A DNA stretch of 64,000 bases from the NCBI GenBank assembly GCA_902574475.1, contig CACGNZ010000002.1, positions 18,161 to 82,160 on the forward strand. The letters are read 5' to 3'. Both the position numbers and the translations under genes were made by a program. This document shows positions 29,234-40,949 of this stretch, piece by piece. The notes beneath the pieces are model-generated. The model was not told the origin of the DNA. It was given only the letters and a program-made list of their open reading frames with translations, and did not search any database. The stretch comes from an uncultured Alphaproteobacteria bacterium. GTDB taxonomy: Bacteria; Pseudomonadota; Alphaproteobacteria; HIMB59; GCA-002718135. Positions within the stretch are counted from its first letter, which is position 1; each line of letters starts with the position of its first letter.

Positions 29234-30267
29234 TGTTTAATGTAATTGATCAATACAATAGTTTTGTAGAAAATAATTTTATTAAAAAAAATAAAGATCA
29301 AATTGAATTCTTAAAACAAGCAGATAATGTATGGTCATCTTTTAGTAAAACAAAGTTATTTTTTAAGGATAAAATTTTTGAAGGTATTTATCTTTATGGT
29401 CAAGTTGGAACAGGAAAAACATTTTTATTAAATTTATTTTATCAAAATACTAAGATTGGAAAAAAAATTCATTTTAATAACTTAATGAATGAAATACATG
29501 AACAAGTTAAAAAATCAGAAAATAAAGAACTTGCTATTGAAAACTATGTAAAGAATTTAAGTAGAGATTACAAAATAATATTTATTGATGAATTACATAT
29601 TTTTAATATTGTTGACGCATTAATAATAAAAAAAATATTTAATTATTTTTCTAAATATAAAATATTTATATTATTGTCGTCAAATTTTCATCCAGATAAT
29701 TTATATAAAGATGGTTTACAGAGAAATGATTTTCTACCATTTATTGATTTAATTAAAAAAAATTTTTTCCTATATGATATTAGCATTAAAACTGATTTTC
29801 GTCGACAAACGTTAAATCAATCAAAGACATACTTCACACCTATAACAACTGACACAGCAAATGAATTTGAAAAACTATTTAATCGTTTTGTTGATCCCTC
29901 ACATTTAACAACTGTTAAAATTAAATCTAAAAGTCGTGAACTAGAGTTTGATAAATGCACATCAAATCTAATGATGATAGATTTTGAAAATCTTTGTGAA
30001 GTAAATTTTGGTAATGAAGATTATAAAAATATCGCAGATAAATTTAGGTTGGTATTTTTAAAAAATGTTCCTGAATTTGATAATCAGAAAAAAGATTCGT
30101 GCAGAAGATTTATTGGATTAATCGATATGTTATATGAAAATAATTGTTCAATTGTTATTTTAGCGTCAAAACCTATAAATTCATTAAATAATATAGATAC
30201 TCTAGCAGAAGAATTTAAAAGAACTGCTAGCAGATTATATGAAATGACTATAGTAAAACCAGATTGA
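29233..30267 (+). CDS. zapE: AFG1-like ATPase / cell division protein ZapE
   Basis: 344 aa with Walker A GQVGTGKT and Walker B IFIDELH. Confidence 0.8.
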   Translation: MFNVIDQYNSFVENNFIKKNKDQIEFLKQADNVWSSFSKTKLFFKDKIFEGIYLYGQVGTGKTFLLNLFYQNTKIGKKIHFNNLMNEIHEQVKKSENKELAIENYVKNLSRDYKIIFIDELHIFNIVDALIIKKIFNYFSKYKIFILLSSNFHPDNLYKDGLQRNDFLPFIDLIKKNFFLYDISIKTDFRRQTLNQSKTYFTPITTDTANEFEKLFNRFVDPSHLTTVKIKSKSRELEFDKCTSNLMMIDFENLCEVNFGNEDYKNIADKFRLVFLKNVPEFDNQKKDSCRRFIGLIDMLYENNCSIVILASKPINSLNNIDTLAEEFKRTASRLYEMTIVKPD

Positions 30268-31253
30268 TGAAATACATAATCAGATTTTTAGTAAGCACAG
30301 TAGTTTTATTAATAGTAGTTTATTTTACTGCAGGTTTTTATGTTGCTTATCAAATTTTAAAAATAGATCCAACTTGTGGTTTACACGAAGGATCTCTTCC
30401 TAATTCATGGAGTACAACAGTTGATTCACATGAATACTCAATTCTTGCACGACAAAAAGTAAGAGAAAATTTCAACTTTAAGGATTATTATTTAGATGAA
30501 TGGCAAGATGTTTATTTTCAATCTCGTGACCCTGACATTAAGATTAATGGATGGCTGTTTAATTATTTTCCAAATAGACCAATTATAATTATAACACACG
30601 GTATAAGCCCAAATGGTAAATGTAAGTCTGAACCAAATCTTATTGCAAGTTTTTTAGTTAATAAAAAATTTAATGTTCTTACGATAGATTTAAGAAACTA
30701 CGGCCAAAGTGATACTGTAAGTAGTTATGATGATTTAGGTTTAAAGTCATATAATGATATTCTTGGTGCATTTGATTTTTTAAAAAAAATTGGTTTCAAG
30801 TCTAATAGCATTGGATTACATGGAATATCTCTTGGTGCAAGTACATCTATTTTTGCAGCATATGCAGAACCGGAAATACGTGCAGTGTGGGCAGACAGTT
30901 CACTTGCTGAATTTAATATGATTTTAAAAGATGAAATAGCAAGATATGGTCTTGCTATAGAATTTGGGCCAGTAGTTAGTTTAGCTGGAAGAATCTTAAC
31001 TGGAACAGATCCAGGAGAATTGTCTCCAGCCAAAAAATTATCAAAGAAACAATACTATTTTTTTACTCATGGCGACTCTGATACAAGAATCTTAACAAGA
31101 CACTTTAATTATTTTAAAGAATATTCAAATCAAAATAAAATTAATGCTGAGTTTTGGCTAGTTGAAAACTCTTATCATGTAGATGCTATGTTTAAATATC
31201 CCGAAGTATATTCTAAAAAAATGGAAGAATTTTTTAATAAAAATTTAAAGTAG
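30264..31253 (+). CDS. Membrane-anchored alpha/beta-hydrolase
   Basis: 329 aa with an N-terminal TM helix, the nucleophile elbow HGISLGAS (GxSxG) and a late HGDSD block. Confidence 0.65.
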   Translation: MMKYIIRFLVSTVVLLIVVYFTAGFYVAYQILKIDPTCGLHEGSLPNSWSTTVDSHEYSILARQKVRENFNFKDYYLDEWQDVYFQSRDPDIKINGWLFNYFPNRPIIIITHGISPNGKCKSEPNLIASFLVNKKFNVLTIDLRNYGQSDTVSSYDDLGLKSYNDILGAFDFLKKIGFKSNSIGLHGISLGASTSIFAAYAEPEIRAVWADSSLAEFNMILKDEIARYGLAIEFGPVVSLAGRILTGTDPGELSPAKKLSKKQYYFFTHGDSDTRILTRHFNYFKEYSNQNKINAEFWLVENSYHVDAMFKYPEVYSKKMEEFFNKNLK

Positions 31254-31391
31254 GCCGGACTCTAAAACTAGTTTGTACCTTGGCAGACACCTCTCTAGAA
31301 TAAGAAACTCAACTAATTATCAAACGGCGGGTAAGATAATTAAAAATTCTTGGCGTTCCTCCGAAGCTAAGAAACGAGTATTATCCGGCTT
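31252..31391 (+). ncRNA. Candidate structured RNA (unknown class) in the long sdhC-upstream intergenic region
   Basis: The island is about 40% GC by hand count, against a far more AT-rich flank. Nested helices: AGGCCGGA(31252-59)/UCCGGCUU(31384-91); UAAUUAUC(31314-21)/GAUAAUUA(31335-42) with a G-rich 13-nt loop; UUCUUGGC(31347-54)/GCUAAGAA(31366-73) plus UUC/GAA closing a CUCC loop. Two G.U pairs would be A.C on the other strand, so the + strand is favoured. Confidence 0.35.
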
Positions 31392-31583
31392 ATTGAGAGT
31401 AATATCTATCTACTTAAAATTCAAGATTTTTAGTTAAATTTGGCATTAAATTTGCTTGATTTTAATAAAAATTATCACTTTTTATCAACATTTTACAAAC
31501 TTCCATGATAGTAAGAAAAAATAACTAAACCATTAATATTTTGAAATTTAAAGAAAAATACTTACTTATGGAACATAAAGAAT

Positions 31584-31964
31584 ATGAAAAAAATGACTGA
31601 TAATAGACCATTATCACCTCACCTATCTATTCACAAAAGAGTACTGACAGCAGTATTTTCAATTTTTCATAGGATATCTGGAATAGGATTAAGTGTGGGT
31701 GCACTATTAATTTCAATTTGGTTTTTTTTGATTAGTTTTGGTCCTGAATTTTATATTTATTTTGAAACTCTTTCTAAAAGTATTATGTTTAAACTAGTTC
31801 TAATAATCTGGACTGTCGGTATTTTTTATCATTTATTTAATGGATGTAGAAAATTATATTGGTCATTCGGTATTGGAATGGAATTATCTCAAGTATATAA
31901 ATCTGGTTATGCTGTAATATGTTTAACTTTAATTTCTAGTTTAGTTGTCTGGTATTTTGCATGA
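31584..31964 (+). CDS. sdhC: Succinate dehydrogenase cytochrome b556 subunit
   Basis: 126 aa with RPLSPHLSIHK and three TM helices. Confidence 0.85.
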   Translation: MKKMTDNRPLSPHLSIHKRVLTAVFSIFHRISGIGLSVGALLISIWFFLISFGPEFYIYFETLSKSIMFKLVLIIWTVGIFYHLFNGCRKLYWSFGIGMELSQVYKSGYAVICLTLISSLVVWYFA

Positions 31965-32290
31965 AAAATTATGCTCTTAAATGGTTAACCCAAAGAATCA
32001 CTGCTTCAATTTTAATACCGTTGACGTTTTGGTTTATATACTCTGCAATATCGTTATCAAAGATGACTTATTCTGAAGTAGAAATTTTTTTTCAATCTTA
32101 TTTTAACGCATTTTTATTTTTCATTATGATGCAATCTATGCTTCTGCATTCAAAATTGGGTCTGCAAACAATTATTGAAGATTATGTCACATCGAAAAAA
32201 ACAGCCAAATTTATTAAAGTATCAATTAATTATCTTGTTTATTTTATCATGATTTTAATTACTGTAAATTTAGTGAGAATGGTGTTTTAA
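31961..32290 (+). CDS. sdhD: Succinate dehydrogenase hydrophobic membrane anchor
   Basis: 109 aa with three TM helices, positioned between sdhC and sdhA. Confidence 0.75.
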   Translation: MKNYALKWLTQRITASILIPLTFWFIYSAISLSKMTYSEVEIFFQSYFNAFLFFIMMQSMLLHSKLGLQTIIEDYVTSKKTAKFIKVSINYLVYFIMILITVNLVRMVF

Positions 32291-34084
32291 ATGACTAATT
32301 CATACAAAATTATTGATCACCATTATGACGTTGTAGTTGTTGGAGCTGGAGGGTCAGGACTGAGAGCTACGCTTGGATGTGCAGAAGCCGGATTAAAAAC
32401 AGCTTGTATATCAAAAGTGTTTCCAACAAGAAGTCATACTGTTGCAGCACAAGGTGGAATTGGAGCAGCTCTAGGTAATATGGGCGAAGATAATTGGAAG
32501 TGGCACATGTATGATACAGTTAAGGGTTCAGACTGGCTCGGAGATCAAGATGCAATTGAATACTTATGTTCTAAAGCCCCAGAAGCAGTAATTGAACTTG
32601 AAGAATATGGAATGCCTTTTAGTAGAACAGATGATGGAAAGATCTATCAAAGACCTTTTGGCGGCCACTTAACTAATAATGGTGAGGGAGCACCTGCTAT
32701 GAGAGCTTGTGCAGCAGCTGATAGAACGGGACATGCTTTACTGCATACACTTTATCAGCAATCACTAAAAAATAATGTAGAATTTTATATTGAATATTTT
32801 GTTTTAGATTTAATTTCTGATGATCAAGGTAATTGTATTGGTGTGGTAACATGGTGCTTAGAAGATGGATCAATCCATCGATTTTTATCTCATCAAACAA
32901 TTCTAGCTACTGGTGGATATGGAAGAGCTTACTTCTCATCTACGAGTGCTCATATATGTACTGGTGACGGTAGTGCAATGGCTTTAAGACAAAACCTTCC
33001 TCTTTCTGATATGGAATTTATTCAGTTCCATCCAACTGGAGTTTACGGTGCAGGAGTGTTAATCACTGAGGGAGCAAGAGGAGAAGGTGGATATTTAACT
33101 AATAGTGATGGTGAAAGATTTATGGAAAGATATGCTCCAAATGCAAAAGATCTAGCATCAAGGGATGTAGTAAGCCGAGCAATGACAATTGAAATTAGTG
33201 AAAATAGAGGTTGTGGAGACAATGCCGATCATGTGCTCCTTCATCTTGAGCACATTGATGCTGATACATTACATAAAAGATTGCCTGGTATTTCAGAAAC
33301 TGCAAAAATATTTGCCGGAGTTGATCTGACTAAAGATCCAATACCAGTTCTTCCAACGGTTCATTATAATATGGGTGGTATTCCGACAAATTATAGAACA
33401 GAAGTACTAAGACCAACAAATGAAAATCCAGATAATGTATGTGAAGGTTTAATGGCTGTTGGTGAAGCTGCATGTGTTTCTGTACACGGTGCAAATAGAT
33501 TAGGAACAAATTCATTAATTGATCTTGTTGTTTTTGGCAAAGCAGCTAGTCTAACATGTAAAGAAAAAGTAAAACCAAATTCTAAAAAAATTGAAATTAG
33601 TAAATCAAAAACAGATAATATTATTGAGAGATTTGATAAGATTAGAAACAGCAAAGGAAACTCTACAACTGGAGAACTTCGCACTTCCATGCAAAATATA
33701 ATGCAGCAAAAATGCGCTGTATTTAGAACTCATGATCTCATATCAAAAGGTATTGAAGAATATTCAAAGGTTGAAAGCTCAATGGATAACATAGATATTA
33801 AAGACAAATCCTTGATCTTTAATACCGACTTGGTCGAGGCTTTAGAGTTACACAATTTAATGGCACAATCAAAAGTTACTCTTCATTCTGCATTAAATCG
33901 AACTGAAAGTAGAGGTGCACATGCAAGAGAAGATTATAAAGAAAGAGATGATAATAATTGGTTAGTTCACTCTTTAGCCTGGTTAAACGATAAGGGAGAT
34001 GTGAGTATGGGTTCTAGAGGTGTTCACATGAATACTCTAACTAATCATGTTCAACCAATACCACCTAAAAGAAGAGTTTATTAA
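32291..34084 (+). CDS. sdhA: Succinate dehydrogenase flavoprotein subunit
   Basis: 597 aa with [12 protein letters not shown] and [10 protein letters not shown] (covalent FAD His). Confidence 0.95.
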   Translation: MTNSYKIIDHHYDVVVVGAGGSGLRATLGCAEAGLKTACISKVFPTRSHTVAAQGGIGAALGNMGEDNWKWHMYDTVKGSDWLGDQDAIEYLCSKAPEAVIELEEYGMPFSRTDDGKIYQRPFGGHLTNNGEGAPAMRACAAADRTGHALLHTLYQQSLKNNVEFYIEYFVLDLISDDQGNCIGVVTWCLEDGSIHRFLSHQTILATGGYGRAYFSSTSAHICTGDGSAMALRQNLPLSDMEFIQFHPTGVYGAGVLITEGARGEGGYLTNSDGERFMERYAPNAKDLASRDVVSRAMTIEISENRGCGDNADHVLLHLEHIDADTLHKRLPGISETAKIFAGVDLTKDPIPVLPTVHYNMGGIPTNYRTEVLRPTNENPDNVCEGLMAVGEAACVSVHGANRLGTNSLIDLVVFGKAASLTCKEKVKPNSKKIEISKSKTDNIIERFDKIRNSKGNSTTGELRTSMQNIMQQKCAVFRTHDLISKGIEEYSKVESSMDNIDIKDKSLIFNTDLVEALELHNLMAQSKVTLHSALNRTESRGAHAREDYKERDDNNWLVHSLAWLNDKGDVSMGSRGVHMNTLTNHVQPIPPKRRVY

Positions 34085-34872
34085 TGGCTCAGTTTACACT
34101 TCCTGCAAATTCAAAAATAACTAAAGGGAAAACTCACCAAATAAAAGAACCTGCAAATGATCCAAAGAAACTTGCAATCTACAGATGGGATCCCGAAGAT
34201 GATAAAAACCCTAGGATAGATAATTATGAGATAGATCAAGAAAAGTGTGGCCCAATGGTATTAGACGCACTTATGAAAATAAAAAATGAAATTGATCCGA
34301 CTTTAACATTTAGAAGATCTTGCAGAGAAGGAGTTTGTGGTTCCTGTGCTATGAATATTGATGGTGTTAACACATTAGCATGTTTGAAAAGTATGTCTGA
34401 TGTTAAGAATGAAATAAAAATTTACCCTCTTCCACATATGCGTGTAGTAAAAGATTTAGTTCCAGATCTTAGCAAGGCTTATGAGCAACTGGCTTCCATT
34501 AAACCTTGGTTGCAGCGTGAAAAAACAAATGAAGAAAAAAACTCAGGAGACGAAAAAAAACAATCACCAAAAGATAGAGAAAAACTAGATGGTAAATGGG
34601 AGTGTGTATTATGTTTTTGCTGCACTACTTCTTGTCCAAGTTATTGGTGGAATGGAGATGAATATCTAGGACCTGCAGTCCTTTTACAAGCAGCAAGATG
34701 GGTAAGTGACTCTAGAGACTCAGAAAGAAAAGAGAGATTAAAAGCAATAAATGATTCATTAAAACTTTATAGATGTCATTCAATAATGAACTGCACTAGG
34801 TCTTGTCCTAAAGGTCTAAATCCAGCCAAAGAAATTGCTGGACTTAAAAAGGCTATTGTTACAGAATTGTAA
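34084..34872 (+). CDS. sdhB: Succinate dehydrogenase iron-sulfur subunit
   Basis: 262 aa with three Cys clusters: [27 protein letters not shown] and [12 protein letters not shown]. Confidence 0.95.
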   Translation: MAQFTLPANSKITKGKTHQIKEPANDPKKLAIYRWDPEDDKNPRIDNYEIDQEKCGPMVLDALMKIKNEIDPTLTFRRSCREGVCGSCAMNIDGVNTLACLKSMSDVKNEIKIYPLPHMRVVKDLVPDLSKAYEQLASIKPWLQREKTNEEKNSGDEKKQSPKDREKLDGKWECVLCFCCTTSCPSYWWNGDEYLGPAVLLQAARWVSDSRDSERKERLKAINDSLKLYRCHSIMNCTRSCPKGLNPAKEIAGLKKAIVTEL

Positions 34873-35853
<981 letters not shown>

Positions 35854-35894
35854 TTGTATTTTTCATCTAATCTAACTATTACCTTTTTATCAAA

Positions 35895-37079
35895 ATGAAT
35901 TTGCATGAATACCAAGCTAAAGATCTACTAAGAAAGTACAATCTACCTATACTTGAAGGCAAAAGTTACATTGAAAATGTTGATGATTTAGAAAAAGATT
36001 TACAAAATATAAAAGGACCACCTTGGGTTATCAAATCACAGATACATGCTGGAGGAAGAGGAGCGGGAAAATTTTTAAAACCATTTAATACAAAAGGTGG
36101 AGTACAAATAACAGAATCAATTGATGATGCACAAAAAATTGCAAAAGGAATGATGGGTAACATATTGATTACAAAACAAACAGGTAATGACGGAAAGTTA
36201 GTAAATAGAATTTATTTAGAAGCTGGATGTGAAATTGATAGGGAATATTATTTAAGTATTCTTCTTGATAGGAATCAATCAAAATTAATGATGATGGTAT
36301 CTGATGCTGGTGGTGTAGACATAGAAGATGTAGCTGAGAAAACACCAGAAAGAATTCAATATGTTTATTTTGATAACTTAGAAGATTTTACAATTAGTGA
36401 TAGTCTTCAAAATAAATTAAATTTTTCTATTAATGAGTTTAACCAATTTAAAGAAATTGTTTCAAATTTATGTAAGGCCTATGTCGAAATAGATGCTTCT
36501 TTAATTGAAATTAATCCTCTTGTTGTGACAAAAGATGAAAAACTAATTCTTTTAGATGCTAAAATTAATATTGATGATAATGCTCTGTATAGACAGGCTG
36601 ACATTGAAAAATTAAAAGATACTTCAGAAGAAAATGATTTAGAACTTGAAGCTTCTGAAAACGATATGGTTTACATTAAGCTCGATGGAAAAATAGGCTG
36701 CATGGTTAATGGAGCTGGGCTAGCTATGGCAACTATGGATATTATTAAACAATTTGGAATGGAACCAGCCAATTTTTTAGATTTAGGTGGTACAGCAAAC
36801 AAAGAAAGAGCCATTAAAGCTTTCAAGATCATTCAATCAGATAAAAACGTGAAATCAGTTTTTATAAATATTTTTGGAGGAATTATCCATTGTGATATGA
36901 TTGCTAATGGCATCATTGATGCAATTAAAGAATTAGAATTTAAACTTCCTGTTGTTGTACGTTTTCAAGGAACAAATTCTAAAGAAGGAAGAGACATTAT
37001 AAATAATTCATCATTAGGATTAATTTCAATTGATGATTTTTCAAATGCAGCTCAGAAAGCTGTGGAGTTATCAGAATAA
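35895..37079 (+). CDS. sucC: Succinyl-CoA synthetase beta subunit
   Basis: 394 aa with the canonical [10 protein letters not shown]-terminus. Confidence 0.95.
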   Translation: MNLHEYQAKDLLRKYNLPILEGKSYIENVDDLEKDLQNIKGPPWVIKSQIHAGGRGAGKFLKPFNTKGGVQITESIDDAQKIAKGMMGNILITKQTGNDGKLVNRIYLEAGCEIDREYYLSILLDRNQSKLMMMVSDAGGVDIEDVAEKTPERIQYVYFDNLEDFTISDSLQNKLNFSINEFNQFKEIVSNLCKAYVEIDASLIEINPLVVTKDEKLILLDAKINIDDNALYRQADIEKLKDTSEENDLELEASENDMVYIKLDGKIGCMVNGAGLAMATMDIIKQFGMEPANFLDLGGTANKERAIKAFKIIQSDKNVKSVFINIFGGIIHCDMIANGIIDAIKELEFKLPVVVRFQGTNSKEGRDIINNSSLGLISIDDFSNAAQKAVELSE

Positions 37080-37963
37080 TGTCAATTTTAGTTAATAAAA
37101 ATACAAGACTTATATGTCAAGGCTTTACCGGTTCACAAGGAACATATCATTCTGAACAAGCTATAGCATATGGTACAAACCTTGTTGGTGGTGTCACGCC
37201 TGGTAAAGGAGGGCAGACCCATTTAAATTTACCGGTGTTTAATACTGTTGCCGATGCAGTGAAACAAACTGAAGCAAACGCAACAGTTATTTATGTTCCT
37301 GCTAAGTTTGCTGCTAAAGCAATTCACGAAGCTTTAGATGCAAACATTGAATTAATTGTATGCATTACAGAAGGTATTCCAGTCTTAGATATGATTGATA
37401 TAAAAAAAAGAATTATTAACAATAAAACATATTTGATTGGGCCAAACTGCCCAGGTTTAATAACACCTTCCGAATGCAAGATTGGTATCATGCCTGGTTT
37501 CATCCATAAAAAAGGTAAAATAGGTATAGTGAGTAGATCAGGAACATTAACTTATGAAGCTGTTGCACAAACAACAGAGGTAGGATTAGGTCAATCAACA
37601 TGCGTTGGTATTGGTGGAGACCCAATACATGGTATGGATTTTGTAGATTGTATAAAGTTATTTTTAGAAGATGATGAGACCGAGGGAATATTAATGATAG
37701 GTGAAATTGGTGGCGAGGAGGAAGAAAATGCGGCAGAATTTATTTCAAATTCAAAAAGAAAAAAACCAGTTTCAGCATTTATAGCTGGACAATCTGCACC
37801 TAAAGGAAAACGTATGGGTCATGCAGGTGCTATCGTTTCAGGCTCAAAAGGTACAGCACATTCCAAAATTAAATCTTTAGAAAATGCTGGAGTTTTGGTG
37901 TCAAAATCCCCAGCATCATTGGGAAAAACTATGAAATTAGCAATGCAAAATGGGAATAATTAG
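37079..37963 (+). CDS. sucD: Succinyl-CoA synthetase alpha subunit
   Basis: 294 aa with SRSGTLTYE and MGHAGAI (phospho-His). Confidence 0.95.
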   Translation: MSILVNKNTRLICQGFTGSQGTYHSEQAIAYGTNLVGGVTPGKGGQTHLNLPVFNTVADAVKQTEANATVIYVPAKFAAKAIHEALDANIELIVCITEGIPVLDMIDIKKRIINNKTYLIGPNCPGLITPSECKIGIMPGFIHKKGKIGIVSRSGTLTYEAVAQTTEVGLGQSTCVGIGGDPIHGMDFVDCIKLFLEDDETEGILMIGEIGGEEEENAAEFISNSKRKKPVSAFIAGQSAPKGKRMGHAGAIVSGSKGTAHSKIKSLENAGVLVSKSPASLGKTMKLAMQNGNN

Positions 37964-38014
37964 TTTCCATTAGTATGATTGTTATGCGAAATGGTTTTAG
38001 TTTAAAAGAAATCT

Positions 38015-40918
38015 ATGAATGATACTTTCTTAAATAGTGCTAATGCTCCATATGTAGCCGAACTATATTCTAAATTTAGAAATGACCCTGAAAGTGTGGA
38101 TACAACTTGGAAAGATTTTTTTAATAATTTAAATGAAGATGACTACTCTGTTCTTAAAGATTTTGGAGGACCAGAATGGAAAGAACGTCCATCAAGTATA
38201 ATAGATAAAAATTACATAACCAAGGTCATAAAATCAAATGCGAATTATAATTCTGAGGAATTTAGAATTTCAACTTTAGATTCAATTAGAGCATTAAGAT
38301 TAATTAGAGCTTTTAGAATTAATGGACATTTAATTGCAGATCTTGATCCTTTAGGAATATCTGAAAGAGAGTATCCTCAAGAATTAGATTATAAAAGCTA
38401 TGGTTTCATTGAATCAGATTTAGAAAAAGAAATATTCATTGATGGAAGTTTGGGTTTAGAAAAAGGTAAATTAAAAAATATTATTAAAATATTAAAAGAA
38501 ACTTATTCTGCTTCAATTGGTGTTGAATTTTTACACATACAACAAGCTGATCAAAAACAATGGGTCCAAGAAAGAATTGAAGAAGTAAGAAATAAAACAA
38601 ATTTTACAAATGAGGGAAAAAAAGCAATCTATAAAAGATTAGTTGAATCAGAACTATTTGAGCAGTTTTTAGATAAAAAGTTTTTAGGCACAAAGAGATA
38701 TGGTATCGAAGGTGGTGAAGCGATGATACCTGGGATAGAGCAAATTGTTAAACAGGCATGTTTGTCTGGAATTGAAGATATTATTATTGGAACAGCTCAT
38801 CGAGGTAGACTAACACTTCTATCTAGTGTTTTGGAAATGCCTTACAAAAAAATATTATCAAAATTCCAAGGATCTTTAAACGATCCAAATGAGGTACTAG
38901 GTTCGGGTGATGTAAAATATCATTTAGGAGTTTCTGCTGATCGTGAATTTGAAAAAAAGAAAATTCATTTATCGCTCACTTCTAACCCTTCTCATTTAGA
39001 AGCAGTTAACCCAGTTGTGGCAGGAAAAGTAAGAGCTAAACAAACTTTAGCTAAAGATAAAACAACAGATAAAGTTATAGGTTTATTAATTCATGGAGAT
39101 GCAGCAATAGCTGGACAAGGAGTTGTGGCCGAAACATTTGCTATGTCACAATTAAGAGGGTTTAAAACAGGTGGCACCATTCACTTTGTAATTAACAATC
39201 AGATAGGTTTTACAACTATGCCACAATATGGGCGATCAGCACCTTATTGTACTGAAATTGCAAAAATGGTTCAGGCACCAATATTTCATGTTAATGGCGA
39301 TGACCCAGAAGCAGTAGTTCATGTTTGTAGACTTGCAACGGAATTTAGAAATAAATTTAAAGTCGATGTTGTTGTAGATATGTTTTGCTACAGAAGATCA
39401 GGACATAACGAAGCTGATGAGCCTTCTTTTACTCAGCCGCTAATGTATAAGGCTATCAAAAAACAAATTACTACAAGAAAAAAATATGAAAAAAAATTAA
39501 TTGAGAACAATACTCTTTCAGAAGAAGAATCTAGAGACATTGTAGATTCTTTTAAAAATTTTTTAGATAAAGAATTTGAATCAACTAAAAATTATAAACC
39601 AAATAAAGTAGATTGGTTAGAGGGAACTTGGACAGGTTTATCTACAGCAACATTTGATGCAAGAAGAGGAAAAACATCTGTAAAAGAAAAAACATTAATT
39701 AACGTTGCTAAAAAAATTCATGAAATACCTGCAGATTTTAATGCTCATAGAAGAATAAAAAAAATTTATGGGGATCGATTAACAAGTGTCCTCAACGGAA
39801 AAGGTATTGATTGGGCAACCTCTGAAAGTTTAGCTTTAGCAACACTTCTTGATGAGGGATACGGTGTTCGAATATCTGGACAAGATGTTGGAAGAGGAAC
39901 ATTTAGTCATAGACATGGTGTTCTATACGATCAAGAAAACGAAAATCGTTTTGTTCCATTAAGACACTTTCAAAACAAGCAAGGTTACTTTGAAATTATA
40001 GATAGTTTTTTATCTGAGTTTGGTGTTCTTGGTTTTGAATATGGATATTCACAAGTTGATCCTAAGACACTTGTTATATGGGAAGCGCAGTTTGGTGATT
40101 TTGCAAATGGTGCACAAATTATGATTGATCAATTCATTAGTTCTGGAGAAAGAAAATGGTTGAGAATGTCTGGTTTAACGATGCTTCTTCCCCACGGACA
40201 TGAGGGCCAAGGTCCTGAGCATACAAGTGGAAGATTAGAAAGATTTTTACAGATGTGTGCGGAAGACAATATGCAAATTGTTAATTGCACAAGTCCTGCT
40301 AATTATTTTCATGTTTTAAGAAGGCAACTACATAGAAACTTTAGGAAACCTCTAATTATATTTACACCAAAATCTACACTTAGACATAAATCTAATGTTT
40401 CTAATATTGAGGATTATATTAATGGATCAACTTTCCATAGAATTCTTACTGATAAATTATCTGTTAAAGAAAAAAGAAAAAATAAAAGATTAATCATTTG
40501 CTCTGGTAAAATATATTTTGAACTTGCAGATCACATAGCAAAAAATAAAATTAAAAATCTCTCCATAATAAGATTGGAGCAGATTTATCCATTTCCTTAT
40601 GAAAACTTTAGAGATGAATTAAAACATTATACTGATGCTGAAATTATCTGGGCACAAGAAGAGCCAAAAAATATGGGTGCCTGGGGTTTTGTGAAAGGTA
40701 GATTGGAAAGTGTTATGCAGGAAGCCAACGTTAAACAAGAAAAAATATTCTATGTTGGTAGAAGTCCAGCTGCGTCTCCTGCCGCTGGTTCTTTAGAAAG
40801 ACACTTAAGTAATCAAGAAACTATTATAAAAATGGCAACTGAAGATTCGATTAGCAAAATTATCAAATCTTGGGCAGGTATTTCAACAAAATTAAAGACT
40901 AATCTGCCAATTGAATAA
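38015..40918 (+). CDS. sucA: 2-oxoglutarate dehydrogenase E1 component
   Basis: 967 aa with the HGDAAIAGQGVV TPP-region block, positioned before sucB. Confidence 0.95.
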   Translation: MNDTFLNSANAPYVAELYSKFRNDPESVDTTWKDFFNNLNEDDYSVLKDFGGPEWKERPSSIIDKNYITKVIKSNANYNSEEFRISTLDSIRALRLIRAFRINGHLIADLDPLGISEREYPQELDYKSYGFIESDLEKEIFIDGSLGLEKGKLKNIIKILKETYSASIGVEFLHIQQADQKQWVQERIEEVRNKTNFTNEGKKAIYKRLVESELFEQFLDKKFLGTKRYGIEGGEAMIPGIEQIVKQACLSGIEDIIIGTAHRGRLTLLSSVLEMPYKKILSKFQGSLNDPNEVLGSGDVKYHLGVSADREFEKKKIHLSLTSNPSHLEAVNPVVAGKVRAKQTLAKDKTTDKVIGLLIHGDAAIAGQGVVAETFAMSQLRGFKTGGTIHFVINNQIGFTTMPQYGRSAPYCTEIAKMVQAPIFHVNGDDPEAVVHVCRLATEFRNKFKVDVVVDMFCYRRSGHNEADEPSFTQPLMYKAIKKQITTRKKYEKKLIENNTLSEEESRDIVDSFKNFLDKEFESTKNYKPNKVDWLEGTWTGLSTATFDARRGKTSVKEKTLINVAKKIHEIPADFNAHRRIKKIYGDRLTSVLNGKGIDWATSESLALATLLDEGYGVRISGQDVGRGTFSHRHGVLYDQENENRFVPLRHFQNKQGYFEIIDSFLSEFGVLGFEYGYSQVDPKTLVIWEAQFGDFANGAQIMIDQFISSGERKWLRMSGLTMLLPHGHEGQGPEHTSGRLERFLQMCAEDNMQIVNCTSPANYFHVLRRQLHRNFRKPLIIFTPKSTLRHKSNVSNIEDYINGSTFHRILTDKLSVKEKRKNKRLIICSGKIYFELADHIAKNKIKNLSIIRLEQIYPFPYENFRDELKHYTDAEIIWAQEEPKNMGAWGFVKGRLESVMQEANVKQEKIFYVGRSPAASPAAGSLERHLSNQETIIKMATEDSISKIIKSWAGISTKLKTNLPIE

Positions 40919-40949
40919 ATTGACGTAAATGTTATTAAGCATTTAATTA

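Noticed and set aside
29077-29301. The tracked 74-aa minus-strand ORF spanning the MFS/zapE spacer.
   Set aside because: It overlaps both flanking genes antisense and is Phe/Ile/Leu-rich and low in complexity. The + strand 46-codon ORF fits both gene junctions exactly and is preferred.
24817-31253. A possible tRNA-associated genomic island: tRNA-Arg followed by miscellaneous genes (DUF218, nucleoside hydrolase, DUF924, UDG, MFS, ZapE, hydrolase).
   Set aside because: There is no integrase, no direct repeat of the tRNA 3' end that I could find by eye, and no compositional break. The gene content is ordinary housekeeping or conserved-hypothetical.
31252-31391. The island's two outer strands (AGGCCGGACUC and AUCCGGCUUAU) look like the two P4 strands of bacterial RNase P RNA (E. 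coli AGUCCGGGCUC / ACCCGGCUUAUC). CAAACGGCGGGUAAG faintly recalls the GCAAACCGCC...GGUAAG region. I also considered SRP RNA, tmRNA and a glycine riboswitch.
   Set aside because: Only ~125 nt separate the P4-like strands, against ~290 nt in real type-A RNase P RNAs. P1-P3 would have to lie inside the upstream CDS, and the other conserved regions are missing. There is no GNRA-GGAAGCAGC SRP domain IV, no T-arm or tag ORF for tmRNA, and no paired GGAGAG/ACCGAAGG glycine aptamer cores. It is left as an unknown class.
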